Of a DNA stretch of 64,000 nucleotides, positions 12,801 to 27,800 are shown piece by piece. The stretch comes from Macrostomum hystrix. Lineage: Eukaryota; Animalia; Platyhelminthes. The DNA is taken from assembly GCA_950097015.1 (NCBI GenBank), contig CATNEN010000007.1, positions 4,340,001 to 4,404,000 of the forward strand, in the 5' to 3' direction. Both the position numbers and the translations under genes were made by a program. The stretch's first letter is position 1. Each line of letters begins with the position of its first letter. Under the pieces are notes generated by a model. That model had not been told where the DNA came from. It worked only from the letters and a program-made list of their open reading frames with translations, and made no database searches.

Positions 12801-15800
12801 CCTGATCCCGATACCCTCACACTCCCCTGATCCCGCTACCCTCACACTCCCCTGATCCCGCTACCCTCACACTCCCCTGATCCCGCTACCCTCACACTCC
12901 CCTGATCCCGATACCCTCACACTCCCTTGATCCCGCTACCCTCACACTCACTTGATCAGCGGCTGATGTGTCTGGCGCCTTTTTAGAAGCTCCGCTGGCA
13001 GCCCCGGTAGCGCTGGCGGCAGCCGCTGCCGCCGCATTGGCCGCCTTAGAGAGGCCGCCGGCAGCGGCTCTGCTCAGCTGCTGCTCACGCTGCTTCACCA
13101 CTTCCTGGGCCTGGCGCATCAGGGCCGAGCTCTCCACTACGGAGCGCTTAGCACCCAGCGGAGTGAACTGCTTCTGCTGCTGCTGGTGCGGTGAATGCGA
13201 CAGGCGGGGATTCTGGCTGCCACCAGAACTACCGCTGCCTGCACCGGCGTGATTCAAGAGGGTGTGATGTTAAGCGCACTGTTTTTAATTGTTGCTGAAG
13301 ACGTGATAAACACTATGCAGGATGAGCAGAGGATGCAGAGGATGAGCAGAGGATGCAGAGGATGAGCAGAGGATGCAGAGGATGAGCAGAGGATGCAGAG
13401 GATGAGCAGAGGATGCAGAGGATGAGCAGAGGATGCAGAGGATAAGCGATTGGAGGAAGCGCAGGGGATTAGGGATTGGAGGAAGAGCAGGGGATGAGGG
13501 ATTGGAGGAAGAGCAGGGGATGAGGGATTGGAGGAAGAGCAGGGGATGATGGATTGGAGGAAGAGCAGGAGATGAGGGATTGGAGGAAGAGCAGGGGATG
13601 AGGGATTGGAGGAAGAGCAGGGGATGAGGGATTGAAGGAAGAACAGGGGATGAGGGATTGGAGGAAGAGTAGGGGATGAGGGATTGGAGGAAGAGTAGAG
13701 GATGAGGGATTAGAGGAAGAGTTGAGGATGAGGGATTGGAGGAAGAGTTGAGGATGAGGGATTGGAGGAAGAGTAGGGGATGAGGGATTGCAGGCAGAGC
13801 AGGGGATGAGGGATTGCAGGAAGACAGGGGATTAGCGATTGGAGGAAGAGTTGAGGATGAAGGACTGGAGGAAGAGTAGGTGATAAGGGATTGGAGGAAG
13901 AACAGGGATGAGGGATTGGAGGAAGAGTAGGGGATGAGGGATTGGAGGAAGAGTAGGGGATGAGGGATTGGAGGAAGAGTAGGGGATGAGGGATTGCAGG
14001 AAGAGCAGGGGATGAGGTATTGCAGGAAGAGCAGGGGATTAGGGATTGGAGGAAGGGTTGAGGATGAAGGACTGGAGGAAGAGTAGGTGATAAGGGATTG
14101 GAGGAAGAGCAGGGGATGAGGAATTGGAGGAAGAGCAGGGGATGAGGGATTGGAGGAAGAGCAGGGGATGAGGGATTGGAGGAAGAGCAGGGATGAGGGA
14201 TTGGAGGAAGAGTAGGGGATGAGGGATTGGAGGAAGAGTAGGGGATGAGGGATTGGAGGAAGAGTAGGGGATGAGGGATTGCAGGAAGAGCAGGGGATGA
14301 GGGATTGCAGGAAGAGCAGGGGATTAGGGATTGGAGGAAGGGTTGAGGATGAAGGACTGGAGGAAGAGTAGGTGATAAGGGATTGGAGGAAGAGCAGGGG
14401 ATGAGGGATTGGAGGAAGAGCAGGGGATGAGTGATTGGAGGAAGAGCAGGGGATGAGGGATTGGAGGAAGAGCAGGGGATGAGGGATTGGAGGAAGAGCA
14501 GGGGATGAGGGATTGGAGGAAGAGAAGGGGATGAGGGATTGGAGGAAGAACAAGGGATGAGGGATTGGAGGAAGAGTAGGGGATGAGGGATTCGAGAAGA
14601 CAAGGGATTGGAGAGTGCGAGCGTATAAGGGAGTGCGCGTGGCAGAAAACAGGGAGAAAAGGTAGTGTGGGAAGATAATTGGGCAAGTGAGCTGGAAGAC
14701 AGGATGACTTGTTGAACAGCAGCCGCTGCCACAGCAACCATATGGCAACTGTGATTCACAGTGCTGTTTTGGGCAGCCTATTGGTGGCCTTCACCAGAGA
14801 AACCGGAGTTTTTTGTGCAAGCGAAGCATGCAGAACTTGGAGGCGTGAAACCGAAATGAGAAAACCTAGAAACAAATTTACAATAGTTGGTGTTCATACT
14901 AACTACTCACTAATGCGAGCAGTAGCTTGAATGCGCGTTGCACTATTATCTGCGAAAAAGATTCGAAAAGTAAAAAAACTTGCATAAAACAAAACTAAAC
15001 AAGACTGCAGACCAGTAACAAGCTAAGGAAAGCCCTTGCGATGGTGGCCAAAATGATTTTTATGCTCAAGTATTTGTGCTTCCTCATAGATAACTTACGC
15101 CGCCGGCCATTGCCATAATTGACGTGATTCTTATTTCTATAAGTTAAATAGAAGGAGGCCTCAGCGGCCCTCAGCCCGCCCAGCACCGGCACCAGCCACC
15201 ACAGCCGGGCCTTGATGCCGCTGTCAGTTAGCTCTGCGTCGGGGCGAGCGGTGAAGGCGGGAGAATTGAAGGGCCGAGAACTCATTCAGCAAGGCGAATT
15301 TATTTAGAAAGTGGGTGACAGAACGATACGGATGTCCTTGAAGACTTGTCCTTACGGGCTCTTGGGTGTATGTGCAAGATACAATAGAATAGAAATTACA
15401 CGTAGCCCAGGTGGGCCAGATGTACAGTCAGAGGTTCAGTCCATGGGGGCCGCCACAGCCACCCAAATGTCTACCCCAGCTGCTGCTAGCAGCATTTTAA
15501 AGTTGGGTGAACTGAAGCCGTCGGGAATCACGTTTCTTGCTAATTACGATGCGCACATTCAATTATTGCTACTTGAAGTAGTACTATAGCTGTCTAAATC
15601 TGAGCAGAATAAAAGAATTCACCAAGCAATTCGCCAATCGCGCTGCCCGCCTGCTGTCCCAGATTGTCGGACAGGCCGGCTATGAAGGTGTCCAGCACGT
15701 GCGCCACTCCGGTCTCCTCCCGCTGCGCTTGTCGCGCCGGAGTCGGCGCGGATGCCGGCGCGACCCCGCTGCCGCTGCCCGCGGAGTCCTGCCGATCGAA

Positions 15801-18800
15801 GCGAAACGCCGGACTCTGGACGCGTGGCGCCCCCTCGGGCGTGCCCGGATGCGAGCCAACGGAGCCGACCCGCCTAGGCGGCGGCGGGCGCGGCGGCTTC
15901 GGAACAGCTGCGCCGCCAGCAGCGGAGGAGGCGACGACAGCGGAGGTCGACTCACCTTGTGAGCCCTGGGAGAGCAGCTGGGCTCTGCGAGTGTTTTTGT
16001 TGAAGTGCGGAGAGACAGTTAGTAAATTTCATATTCAATCGGAGTCCTAGCTGTGCTTTGGCTTCCACATTAAAGAAATTATCAACACATTTTTCGTGAC
16101 TTCAAATAGTGACTGCAATAAAAAAATGAAATCTAATTGATTGCGAATTCAAAATCAAATCTAATTGGTTGCAACTTCAAAATCACACCTCATCGGTTGC
16201 AACTTCAAAATCACACCACATCGGTTGCAACTTCAAAATCACACCTCATCGGTTGCAACTTCAAAATCACACCTCATCGGTTGCAACTTCAAAATCACAC
16301 CTCATCGGTTGCAAGTTCAAAATCACACCTCATTGGTTGCAACTTCAAAATCACACCTCATTGGTTGCAACTTCAAAATCAAACCTCATCGGTTGCAACT
16401 TCAAAATCACACCTCATCGGTTGCAACTTCAAAATCACACCTCATCGGTTGCAACTTCAAAATCACACCTCATTGGTTGCAACTTCAAAATCACACCTCA
16501 TTGGTTGCAACTTCAAAATCACACCTCATTGGTTGCAACTTCAAAATCACACCTCATTGGTTGCAACTTCAGAATCACACCTCATTGGTTACAACTTCAA
16601 AATCACACCTCATTGGTTGCAACTTCAAAATCACACCTCATTGGTTGCAACTTCAAAATCACACCTCATTGGTTGCAACTTCAAAATCACACCTTATTGG
16701 TTGCAACTTCAAAATCACACCTCATTAATTGAAATAAAAAATGACACCTTATTGATGGCAGACACAAAAGCACGCTGCATATGACTGCAACTAAAAATCG
16801 TACTGCTATGATTACAGCGAAGAAATGACAACTTAGCTATCTATCATACCTCTCAGTAGATCCGGAATCCTTGGCAATTCCTGTGGTGAAGTCTTCAGTT
16901 TTCGGTGCCTTAAAAGGAAAAGTTAAATGAATTTTATTTCTGAAACAGTCCATAATGAATCCTTGGCTGAATAGAATCGGCCATAACAGAATGCAATTAG
17001 AGAAACAACTGGAAGCTTTTAACCATTGCAAGATGTGTGATAAAAATAAACTGAATTAAAAGAAGCTTGATGGGCAGAGTAGAATAGACATTATACCTAA
17101 CCCATTTCGGCCAGATGTTCAGACAGTGGAACAGCCACAGCTATTGCGCGGTGCTTCAAAGGGTGGTGTACAAATGTTCAGTCCATAGACTGAGGGCCGC
17201 AACATCCACCGAATTTTCTAACCCAACTAAGGACCCGAATGAAAGCCACAGCTACAACCTCAATGAAGATCAAGATGAAGATATAACTTTCTAAAGCAAC
17301 GCGGGAATAGAAAGTGGGTATTAATAGCGCACAACAGAATGGATCATCAAGAGTCAATAGATCTGAGCTGCATCATGCTACTTGAATCAAGTAGTAAGTT
17401 GTCATTGAAAAAAATGTTTACGGATAACTTTATATAAATCTAGTAAATTAAAGTTGCTGCTATGACACTATTTATATTGCCTGTCAGTAAGTATGTAAGT
17501 AATTTAAACATTAAACATTCGGTGCAGATTATTGTGAAGAATAAAGTAAATTTGAGTCAGCCTAAATGTGGAAAGACCACAGTCCAATGCGCGTTTAGTA
17601 GGGTGCGCTTAGTGATTGGAAGGTCTTCTAGGGGAGCTTCAATTAAGATTAGAATTTAGAATAGGCTAGACTGGAAGATATTTTAGACGCGCATGCGCAC
17701 ACTAGGCTACTGTCGCAGCCGTCCTGACTAGTAGCATTAAGTAATACAATAAAAACCAAAACACAGGAAGCTGATTAGTAAATTCCAACTATAGCCAATT
17801 AAATCAAATAATTCAACACACTCCGAGGCTACAGTGCACTATCAATGATCACTAAGCAAAAATATAGGTACCAACTACTTGCAAAATAAACATTCTATAC
17901 CTGGCAAATAAATAACAATGGCAAAGAGAGTTTTCCATCTAATACAAATCGCAATTTTAGTTAGTAGAACAAATAATTCAATCAGACTAGACTAGGCCAG
18001 TTTGAGCTGCTTGATGAAGCAGGTAGTCAGGGGGTGGGCGGGCATGCAACAGGCAGGGGTGGTGATAACACCAGTAGCACACACCTGTCTGTCACTTTCA
18101 TCACCATCATCATCCTAAAAAGTGGGAGATGAGGAAAGTATAAGGAACGGCAAGGAAAAAATCACAGAATATAACAAGCTGACAGCTGAAACAAAATAAT
18201 CGATTAACTATTGAACCAAAGAACATGCCATTGCTTCATAAACTAACAATGTCGGGCCAGGTGCAGATCTGTTCTAAAACCTGCTAAAATAATCATTGCA
18301 CTGGCAATTATTCTGTACAGAGAAATGCTCTTCCTCTAATATGCAATATGAATTCAGTAAGCACCTGTACAACAGCTCCAACGAGTGCCTTCATATAAAG
18401 AAACAATGCAACAAATGCAGCAGAAACAAATAACCGAAGGAAATGACTAAAACGCAATAAAAATATGCAGTAAAAGTCATAAACCAAAGATTTTCTGCAC
18501 AATGACAACACCGGATAGAAGTAAAGCAATGGAATTTAATTGTTGCATTATCTGCAGCGTTGTCATAGCAACCGCCATTGGATATTAAATTAGCCTAGAT
18601 TATGCTGAGTCACATTTCGACAACAAATTCGATTGAGTTGCTATGGAAACTAAACAAGACTTGCCACGACAAGAGGCAACTCGAACGGGACAAGGCATCA
18701 AACACAAGCAGTCGCCACTGTCGCCACTCACCGAATCCGTGGGCTCCGTGTCCTCCCCCGAGCTGTACTCGGCGGACGAGTCGCCGCCACCCGGACGGCC

Positions 18801-21800
18801 AGACGATGGCAGCTGCAGCGACTCCGGCGGCTGGAATGCCTCCTTAGCGGCATCGGTGACGAGCCGGGCGGCTGACCGACTCTGCCGGAGCTGGGTCGGG
18901 TCGCCGGCGATGTCGGAGGAGATGATCTCAGAGACAAAGTCGCTAAGGCTGGCGTAGGAGGAGCTGTTGGTCAGGCGGTCGACGGCCGTGGGCTCCGAGT
19001 CAGAGCAGCCGCTCTCATCTGGCGGCGAAAAAAGAGCGACTTTTAGCTTACCGGTTGCGTAACAGGCTGCTCAAATGAGCAGCATAGCGCATTGCGCGAC
19101 CAACTGACTGGCGTCTGGAGTCCTTTACCGATTACTGGACAGACAGACAGACAGACAGACAGACAGGCAGACAGACAGACAGGCAGACAGACAGACAGAC
19201 AGACAGACAGGCAGACAGACAGACAGACAGACCGGTCAGTTGCTACGCACCGGTGGGCGGGTCCCCGCTAGGCGGCTCATAGGACAGGCGCAGAGTGCAG
19301 GTTTCGGGTGGCTCTCGGCAGACGGAGAACTGCAGCCGCTGCAGCTGCTGGCTGAACCACTTGTGCTTGTCGCCAATGACGGCCGGGTCGACCAGGCCGG
19401 TCTGGATGCGCTGGAAGGCGCAGTTGTCCGGGCACAGCGACCACTCGGCGAAGTACTCGACTGCCTGGGTGCGCGCCAGGCGCTCGGTGAACTCGTTGCG
19501 TCGCGGCCGGGACTGCACGAAGGCGAAGTACTGGAAGGCCACAACGGGGCGCGGGTAGAGGCGCAGGGTGCGCGTGTGCTCGGCAAAGTTGCCCAGCACG
19601 TTGGGCGAGTTGAAAAAGCGGACGATGGCCACGCGGGCGGCTACGTCAACGGAGTCGACGTCGTTGCCAGAGACGACAGCCGGAGGCGGCGGCTGCTGCT
19701 GGCGGGTCAGAAATTCTGCTTCCTGATTGGCTACGCTGTCAAGGTTTTTGATTGGCTGCTGCTGTGCCACGGCGGTCATGCTGGCTAGGGCCTGCAGTTC
19801 AGCGAAGAGAATAATGGAGTTTTTTTATCCTACGCAAAGGAATGTACTCTAGTGCAGCTAGTGCAAAAATACTCGCAAACAGGTCGAATGCTCAGAACAT
19901 CGACAAAGCTTCTTCTGTTAGCAAATAGCAAATAAGAGGATAGTGCACCATTTTCATCAGATAGAGCCAGATAAAATTACTACTCACTGACCAAACAGAC
20001 AACTCCAGAACAGTTCACTCACAGATCAGTCAGATAACTCCAGGCCCGTTCACTCACAGATCAGTCAGATAACTCCAGGCCCGTTCACTCACTGACCAAT
20101 CAGATAAATCCAGGACAGTTCACTCACTGACCAATCAGATAACTCCAGGACAGTTCACTCACTGAACAGTCAGATAACTCCAGGACAGTTCACTCACTGA
20201 CCAGTCAGATAACTCCAGGCCCGTTCACTCACTGACCAGTCAGATAACTCCAGGACAGTTCACTCACTGACCAGTCAGATAACTCCAGGACAGTTCACTC
20301 ACTGACCAATCAGATAACTCCAGGACAGTTCACTCACTGACCAGTCAGATAACTCCAGGACAGTTCACTCACTGACCAGTCAGATAACTCCAGGCCCGTT
20401 CACTCACTGATCAGTCAGATAACTCCAGGCCCGTTCACTCACTGACCAGTCAGATAACTCCAGGACAGTTCACTCACTGACCAGTCAGATAACTCCAGGA
20501 CAGTTCACTCACTGACCAATCAGATAACTCCAGGACAGTTCACTCACTGACCAGTCAGATAACTCCAGGACAGTTCACTCACTGACCAGTCAGATAACTC
20601 CAGGCCCGTTCACTCACTGATCAGTCAGATAACTCCAGGCCCGTTCACTCACTGACCAGTCAGATAACTCCAGGACAGTTCACTCACTGACCAGTCAGAT
20701 AACTACAGGACAGTTCACTCACTGACCAGTCAGATAACTCCAGGACAGTTCACTCACTGACCAGTCAGATAACTCCAGGACAGTTCACTCACTGACCAGT
20801 CAGATAACTCCAGGACAGTTCACTCACTGACCAATCAGATAACTACAGGCCCGTTTACTCACTGATCAGTCAGATAACTCCAGGACAGTTCACTCACTGA
20901 CCAATCAGATAACTCCAGGACAGTTCACTCACTGACCAGTCAGATAACTCCAGGACAGTTCACTCACTGACAAATCAGATAACTCCAGGCCCGTTCACTC
21001 ACTGACCAATCAGATAACTCCAGGACAGTTCACTCACTGACCAGTCAGATAACTCCAGGACAGTTCACTCACTGACCAGTCAGATAACTCCAGGACAGTT
21101 CACTCACTGACCAGTCAGATAACTCCAGGACAGTTCACTCACTGACCAGTCAGATAACTCCAGGACAGTTCACTCACTGACCAGTCAGATAACTCCAGGC
21201 CCGTTCACTCACTGACCAGTCAGATAACTCCAGGCCCGTTCACTCACTGACCAGTCAGATAACTCCAGGCCCGTTCACTCACTGACCAGTCAGATAACTC
21301 CAGGACAGTTCACTCACTGACCAGTCAGATAACTCCAGGACAGTTCACTCACTGACCAGTCAGATAACTCCAGGACAGTTCACTCACTGACCAGTCAGAT
21401 AACTCCAGGCCCGTTCACTCACTGACCAGTCAGATAACTCCAGGCCCGTTTACTCACTGACCAGTCAGATAACTCCAGGACAGTTCACTCACTGACCAAT
21501 CAGATAACTCCAGGACAGTTCACTCACTGACCAGTCAGATAACTCCAGGACAGTTCACTCACTGACCAGTCAGATAACTCCAGGCCCGTTCACTCACTGA
21601 CCAGTCAGATAACTCCAGGCCCGTTCACTCACTGACCAGTCAGATAACTACAGGACAGTTCACTCACTGACCAGTCAGATAACTCCAGGCCCGTTTACTC
21701 ACTGACCAGTCAGATAACTCCAGAACAGTTCACTCACTGACCAGTCAGATAACTCCAGAACAGTTCACTCACTGACCAGTCAGATAACTCCAGGCCCGTT

Positions 21801-24800
21801 CACTCACTGACCAGTCAGATAACTCCAGGCCCGTTCACTCACTGACCAGTCAGATAACTCCAGGCCCGTTCACTCACTGACCAGTCAGATAACTCCAGGA
21901 CAGTTCACTCACTGACCAGTCAGATAACTCCAGGACAGTTCACTCACTGACCAATCAGATAACTCCAGGACAGTTCACTCACTGACCAGTCAGATAACTC
22001 CAGGACAGTTCACTCACTGACCAGTCAGATAACTCCAGGACAGTTCACTCACTGATTTGTCAGACAACTCCAGGACAGTTCACTCACTGACCAGTCAGAT
22101 AACTCCAGGACAGTTCGGTCACCCATCATAATTTTTGGACATTTCAGTCACTAACCTATCGGAATTGCAGCCCTTTTATTTACAAAAAATCTGCGAATTT
22201 ATTATTTTTATCCGCAGACAAATCAGCAGATATAACAGACTAACCAATGAAATCAAAACAAAATCGATTAATTTACGAAATCAACTAAATTGCAGGATAA
22301 CAACAGGGTATACCTGGCACCCCCGACAAATTGGTTGACGTGAACATCAAGTACAAACGCATGCCTCTTGGAATATGAAAAATAACCAATAGAAGGGCAA
22401 AAAAAGAACTTTATGATCAAATTTAAAGCAGTATTCAAGAATCAAAAGCAAGCGAAAGTCTGGAAATTTGAGTTAAAATTGACTGAAGACTAAATCAGAT
22501 TGAATTCAACAACTGAAATCGATTTTGTCGTATAACCGTTAAACACAAACTAGTCCGAGAATAATGAAACTATGAATTAATCATCAAATCTAAAATATTT
22601 GACGAAATGATCAACCATTGATTGTGTTTCGAACAAGCTGCACGAAACCTTTATGCTGAATTACGCACATATAAGGTAGTAAATAGGCGCTTAAAACTAG
22701 AATGAAAAATCTTGTCCAGGGTGTCAAATGTGCCTAGGCGAGTGAAGCCAGGGTTCTATCGCGCACAAAGCTACTTGACCAATCAGTAGTGAGATTAACA
22801 TCTGTTCCGAGTATTTTGCTTTACTTAGCAGCGTGACTAATATTATATGCCCAGTTTTATAAGCCAAGTCTTTCCAATTCCTACTTGGACCACATGCACA
22901 ATGTTTAAAGCTTTCGAGTGAAGACAACGATTTTAACGTTATTCGAAAAATCGATTTACAAAAAACTGACGCTCTCAATTTGCGTTTTTTTTTACCTGAA
23001 GGCACTGTAAATAATGGAAACGGAGGATTTACGATGAAGCTTAGCTGCCTTTATTATTACTCCAACGTAAGGCTCTTACAGAAAATTAAGTTGAGATAAA
23101 AAACTTTGCAACTAAAAAGCTAGCAGAAAGCGTTAATGTAAGAGATTTTTTACTCACCTGCTGGAGTTGGAAGCGCAACTGACTACCCTCTGGCTCTGGC
23201 AGACTTGGCAGTTTGCCCATGTCTTGCGCGCACACGATCTGTTTTTTCGAGTAGGGTAGAGGTGGTTAGAATCAGTTCGCAAGTGCAGTACATTTATGGG
23301 GAGTGGTTGCCCGGATAGTGTACAATGATCTCAGTGTACATTGATTGGAGGGTGGGGTTGCTCGCCTCAGTGTACATTGATTGGAGGGTGGGGTTGCTCG
23401 CCTCAGTGTACATTGATTGGAGGGTGGGGTTGCTCGCCTCAGTGTACATTGATTGGAGGGTGGGGTTGCTCGCCTCAGTGTACATTGATTGGAGGGTGAG
23501 GTCGCTGTACATTAAATGCGGTTGATAGGGTTGGTCGGCTCGATGTACAGTCATAAAAGGTTGGACTCTGTCATGCCAGTGATTGGACGGGGAAGTGTAG
23601 TTGGACTGCTCAATGTACATCGTTGGAGGGTGGGTTAGTCGGGCAAGTATTCGTCGTTCACTTAACCGAAAATTGTCATTTTATAATCCAAAAAGTAGCC
23701 GCATACTTAAACTTGTGCCTGCAAATAGCCATGCCGTCACTAATATCTGGCAACAACAAGGACTACATACACGGACGCCTACCTACTGGCAGGGGAGAAG
23801 GCGGGAATTAAAATTAATCCCAGAGAGGCTCAGACTGCCTATCGCCAGCGGATGCTGGGGCGGATGAGCCGACGGGAGCAGCCGAGCAGCAGCGAGCTGA
23901 TAACGGGGAGGCGACAATGAAGCAGGGGAAGGGCCATAGGGAATCCTGAGTTGTGCGAGACGAATGCTCAGCAGCTCCGAAATGGGGTTGCGAGAAAATG
24001 GGAAATATTGGGCAGCGGAAAGGGAGGCGAGGGCAGAGGCGAGGCCAAGGCCTGCACAAATGCCGGATAATCTGTGTGGGATTAATTCCCCTGTCCCCCC
24101 CAATGAGCAATGCCTGATCGGACAGCAGACAAAACACTTTCTCATCAGTTCGCAATCTGGGGCGAAACTGCTGGCAAGGAGCTCACTTATCCCTTTCACA
24201 GAAGTTCCCTGCATTTGCGAGTCCAAACATGCCGATTGCAGGCTAGAAAACCAATCCCAGGTGTTTTGCTGTTTTTCGAGACTCGAAAAAAGTACCGAGT
24301 ACATTTATAAGGTAAGCTAGGAAGACAGTTTGTTCATAACAATCAATAAACAGATACGGACTGGAGTAGTGGCTCAAAATTCAGCACTTAATCGGAGCAT
24401 CAGTCAATTTATCATAATCTCTTGTTTCCAGATGTTGTGATCACAAAATACGGAATAGCAAAATAGGGCCGCTAATGACACGCGGAAGCGAAAGATAACG
24501 CAGGGAGGGGCCGGGCAAGCAAGCATGGCAACGAATTTGCGAATGGGGAAAATATGAGGCGTTGGGGAAAAAATGCATTCCGGAATTCTTAAAAGAATTG
24601 CTGGAAACAGTCGTCCTCGATTAATTTCTGTCAGAATTCAAGGGGGTTGGGGCTAGAGCTGATGGCAAGGCAGATGAGATAGAATTCAGCGGAGAGTGTG
24701 AAGGTGACAGCCGGATGGAATGACGAATGTCAGTCCTAGAGCGACAATTTTGTGCCCTTAAGCAGAGCACTTAATTCCCAATGGTACAGTTTACCCAGCT

Positions 24801-27800
24801 GTAACAGGGTACCAGCACGGTAATTCAGTTAGCCTGACAGAATTTACCCGATATGTATAGAAAAAATTATAAACAGAACAGAGTTCCGTGGATTTAAGCG
24901 GCTTACGAATATTAACATTTTAGCATGAAACTGTCCACCAGGTAGGATTTCTGGTGAAGGCCATAGAATTTTCAAGCAGCTTGAAGCTATGTACAATTTG
25001 CGCTTTTATAGACTTGAAGTAGTTTTCCCCACGGAACAATTATTTATCTCTAAATATTTTCTTAATAACAGAAAAAAAACATTTTAGAACGAGTAATGTA
25101 AGGAAAAGTGTACCAACTGCTGCTAATTGAAGTTAGATCTATTTTCTGGGACAAAATTTTGAACTCTAAATAGGACACGAATACGAACCACATTTAGCTA
25201 GAATTTTAAAAGATTATAGTCATCAAAGAAAACTATTTGATAACTTTATCATACTAGGATTCAGGCGTTCCTAGACAATATAATTAAAACATTCATTTAC
25301 TGTGGGCTGTGGGCACCAGCGCACCATTTTGAAGGCAAGTCGACCTGCGGTCAGCGAGGAGGTGATTCCACCCGATCCGCTGACCGCTGAGCACACACTC
25401 AGACAAGTGTGTGCTCCGGCCCTGCCGTCTTCATCATCAGGGGCAGTGTGCATCCTCACTGGCCAGTCCTTTGAGATCGCCCCTCATGGGGTTACATTTC
25501 ACGACAGGCCCCAAATTGATAGGGCTTTACGCGGATTCGAGCTCAGGGATCTTGAAGCGGGGGTCTAATAGTACACTACTCAAGCCCTTAAAAGGCTTTC
25601 TCAGATACATAAAATGAACTTTTATAGTTTCAACAAGATAAGAAGCGCCTGAAATGGATTATCACGATACGTTCACAAAAAGGCGGCAACATGTTGTACA
25701 CAGGCTATTAGCTTGTACACAGGCTATTAGTTTGTACACAGGCTATTAGCTTGTACACAGGCTATTAGTTTGTACACAGACTATTAGTTTGTACAGAGGC
25801 GGTAAGTTTACCTTGTTAGCGTCCAGATCCACCAGCCACACATCTGACGGCAGGCAGAAGTTCTTCTTGTAGAGCAAGAAGCTGGCGGGTAGGCCGATGA
25901 TGTAGGGCGTCGGCGCCAGCAACAGCTGCTCAGCCGAGGTCATGCAGGTGGGCAGCAGTGGGATGATTGGGAACATGTATTGCATCGGATACAGCATAGC
26001 AACGAAGGCCATCACGCTCATGGTGAGGGCGTTCTCGTCTCGCGACTGCAGCACCAGCTTGTTCTCCAGCAGGATGCAGGTGAGCACTCTCAGGCAGGTG
26101 TCCACGCCCAGCAGCTCGAGTGGAAGGTGGAGGGGAAAGTCCGCCAAGGAGAGCCGACTTCGATCGGGCAGGGCGAACACCAGCGGCGAGTAGTCCGGCT
26201 CCGGCAGCACCGTCAGCTGTCAGGGGCCAGGGCGGTCACATCCATAAATGCTTTTCCCGGCTCTCTGCCCTCCGATCTCTCCGCTCTGCCCTCCGATCTC
26301 CCCGCTCTGCCCTCCGATCTCCCCGCTCTGCCCTCCAATCTCCACTCTCTGCCCTCCGATCTCTCCGCTCTGCCCTCCGATCTCCCCGCTCTGCCCTCCG
26401 ATCTCCCCGCTCTGCCCTCCGATCTGCCCGCTCTACCCTGCGATCTCCACTCTCTGCCCTCCGATCTCCCCGCTCTGCCCTCCAATCTCCACTCTCTGCC
26501 CTCCGATCTTCCCTCTCTGTTCTCCCGATCTCCCCCTTCGCCATCTGATCTCCCCTCTCTTCCCTCCGACCTCCCCTCCCTGTCTCCCTTTCTCCAGTGT
26601 TGGCTTGTGCCTTTCTGCAGTTCTGATGAGTCTTGTTATTCTCAAAGCCTCAGCCAGCTTCTTCCTATTTGATAGATGCTTTATTCTGAATCAGGAGGAT
26701 ATAAATCCTATTAAATCCTGAACTCTAACCCTAGCGCTTCGAAACGCATCGAGACACTCGTGGTAGCCGATAGATGGGGCTAGGCTATTAAGTAAGATGA
26801 TAGCTGGATAAGAGTCCGATTTGAAAATTAAAGAATCGGGTTTTCTACACATGTCCAACCAGAAGTACTTAGAATTCAGTGCAAGGCCTTCTATGTTAAA
26901 ATATGCATATATCTTAGGCGTGTATTGGTGCATTGCACGCATCAGCAGCCCAGTTTCCTCACCTGCAGTTTTGTGCGACCAGGTACTGGCACAGGGGCAC
27001 TTAGCAGGCGTAGAATCCAGGTCTCAATCTCGCGCACATCGTGCATCACTAGCTGACTGGAGCTGTCCGGATGTAAGCCAGTAAGCACCGACCAAACCGT
27101 CTCTCTGCGGGTTACGCAATAGGCAGATTGACATTGTTTTTCCTTCCACTTTCAAACGAAATATTCCATCAACAAACACTTCCACTCTGCACCAGATCCT
27201 CATTTCACTCCGCTTACAAATTCCTCATTACGTCAGTTCCCGAACCTCACTTCCGCTCTGCTCCAAACCTCACTTCCGCTCTGCTCCAAACCTCACTTTA
27301 GCTCTGCTCCAAACCTCACTTCCGCTCTGCTCCAAACCTCACTTCAGCTCTGCTCCAAACCTCACTTCCGCTCTGCTCCAAACCTCACTTCCGCTCTGCT
27401 CCAAACCTCACTTCCGCTCTGCTCCAAACCTCACTTCCGCTCTGCTCCAAACCTCACTTCCGCTCTGCTCCAAACCTCACTTTAGCTCTGCTCCAAACCT
27501 CACTTCCGCTCTGCTCCAAACCTCACTTCCGCTCTGCTCCAAACCTCACTTCCGCTCTGCTCCAAACCTCACTTCCGCTCTGCTCCAAACCTCACTTCCG
27601 CTCTGCTCCAAACCTCACTTTAGCTCTGCTCCAAACCTCACTTCCGCTCTGCTCCAAACCTCACTTTAGCTCTGCTCCAAACCTCACTTCCGCTCTGCTC
27701 CAAACCTCACTTCCGCTCTGCTCCAAACCTCACTTTAGCTCTGCTCCAAACCTCACTTCCGCTCTGCTCCAAACCTCACTTTAGCTCTGCTCCAAACCTC

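Noticed and set aside
13285-14759. Pro/Ser/Leu-rich ORFs
   Set aside because: Frames of a purine-rich minisatellite.
19990-22115. CRISPR-like array (35-bp unit with dyad)
   Set aside because: No unique spacers and a eukaryotic intron context; the same applies to the 28-bp and 23-bp arrays.
25440-25470. Hammerhead ribozyme (CTGATGA on the minus strand)
   Set aside because: No correctly placed GAAA and stem III were found.
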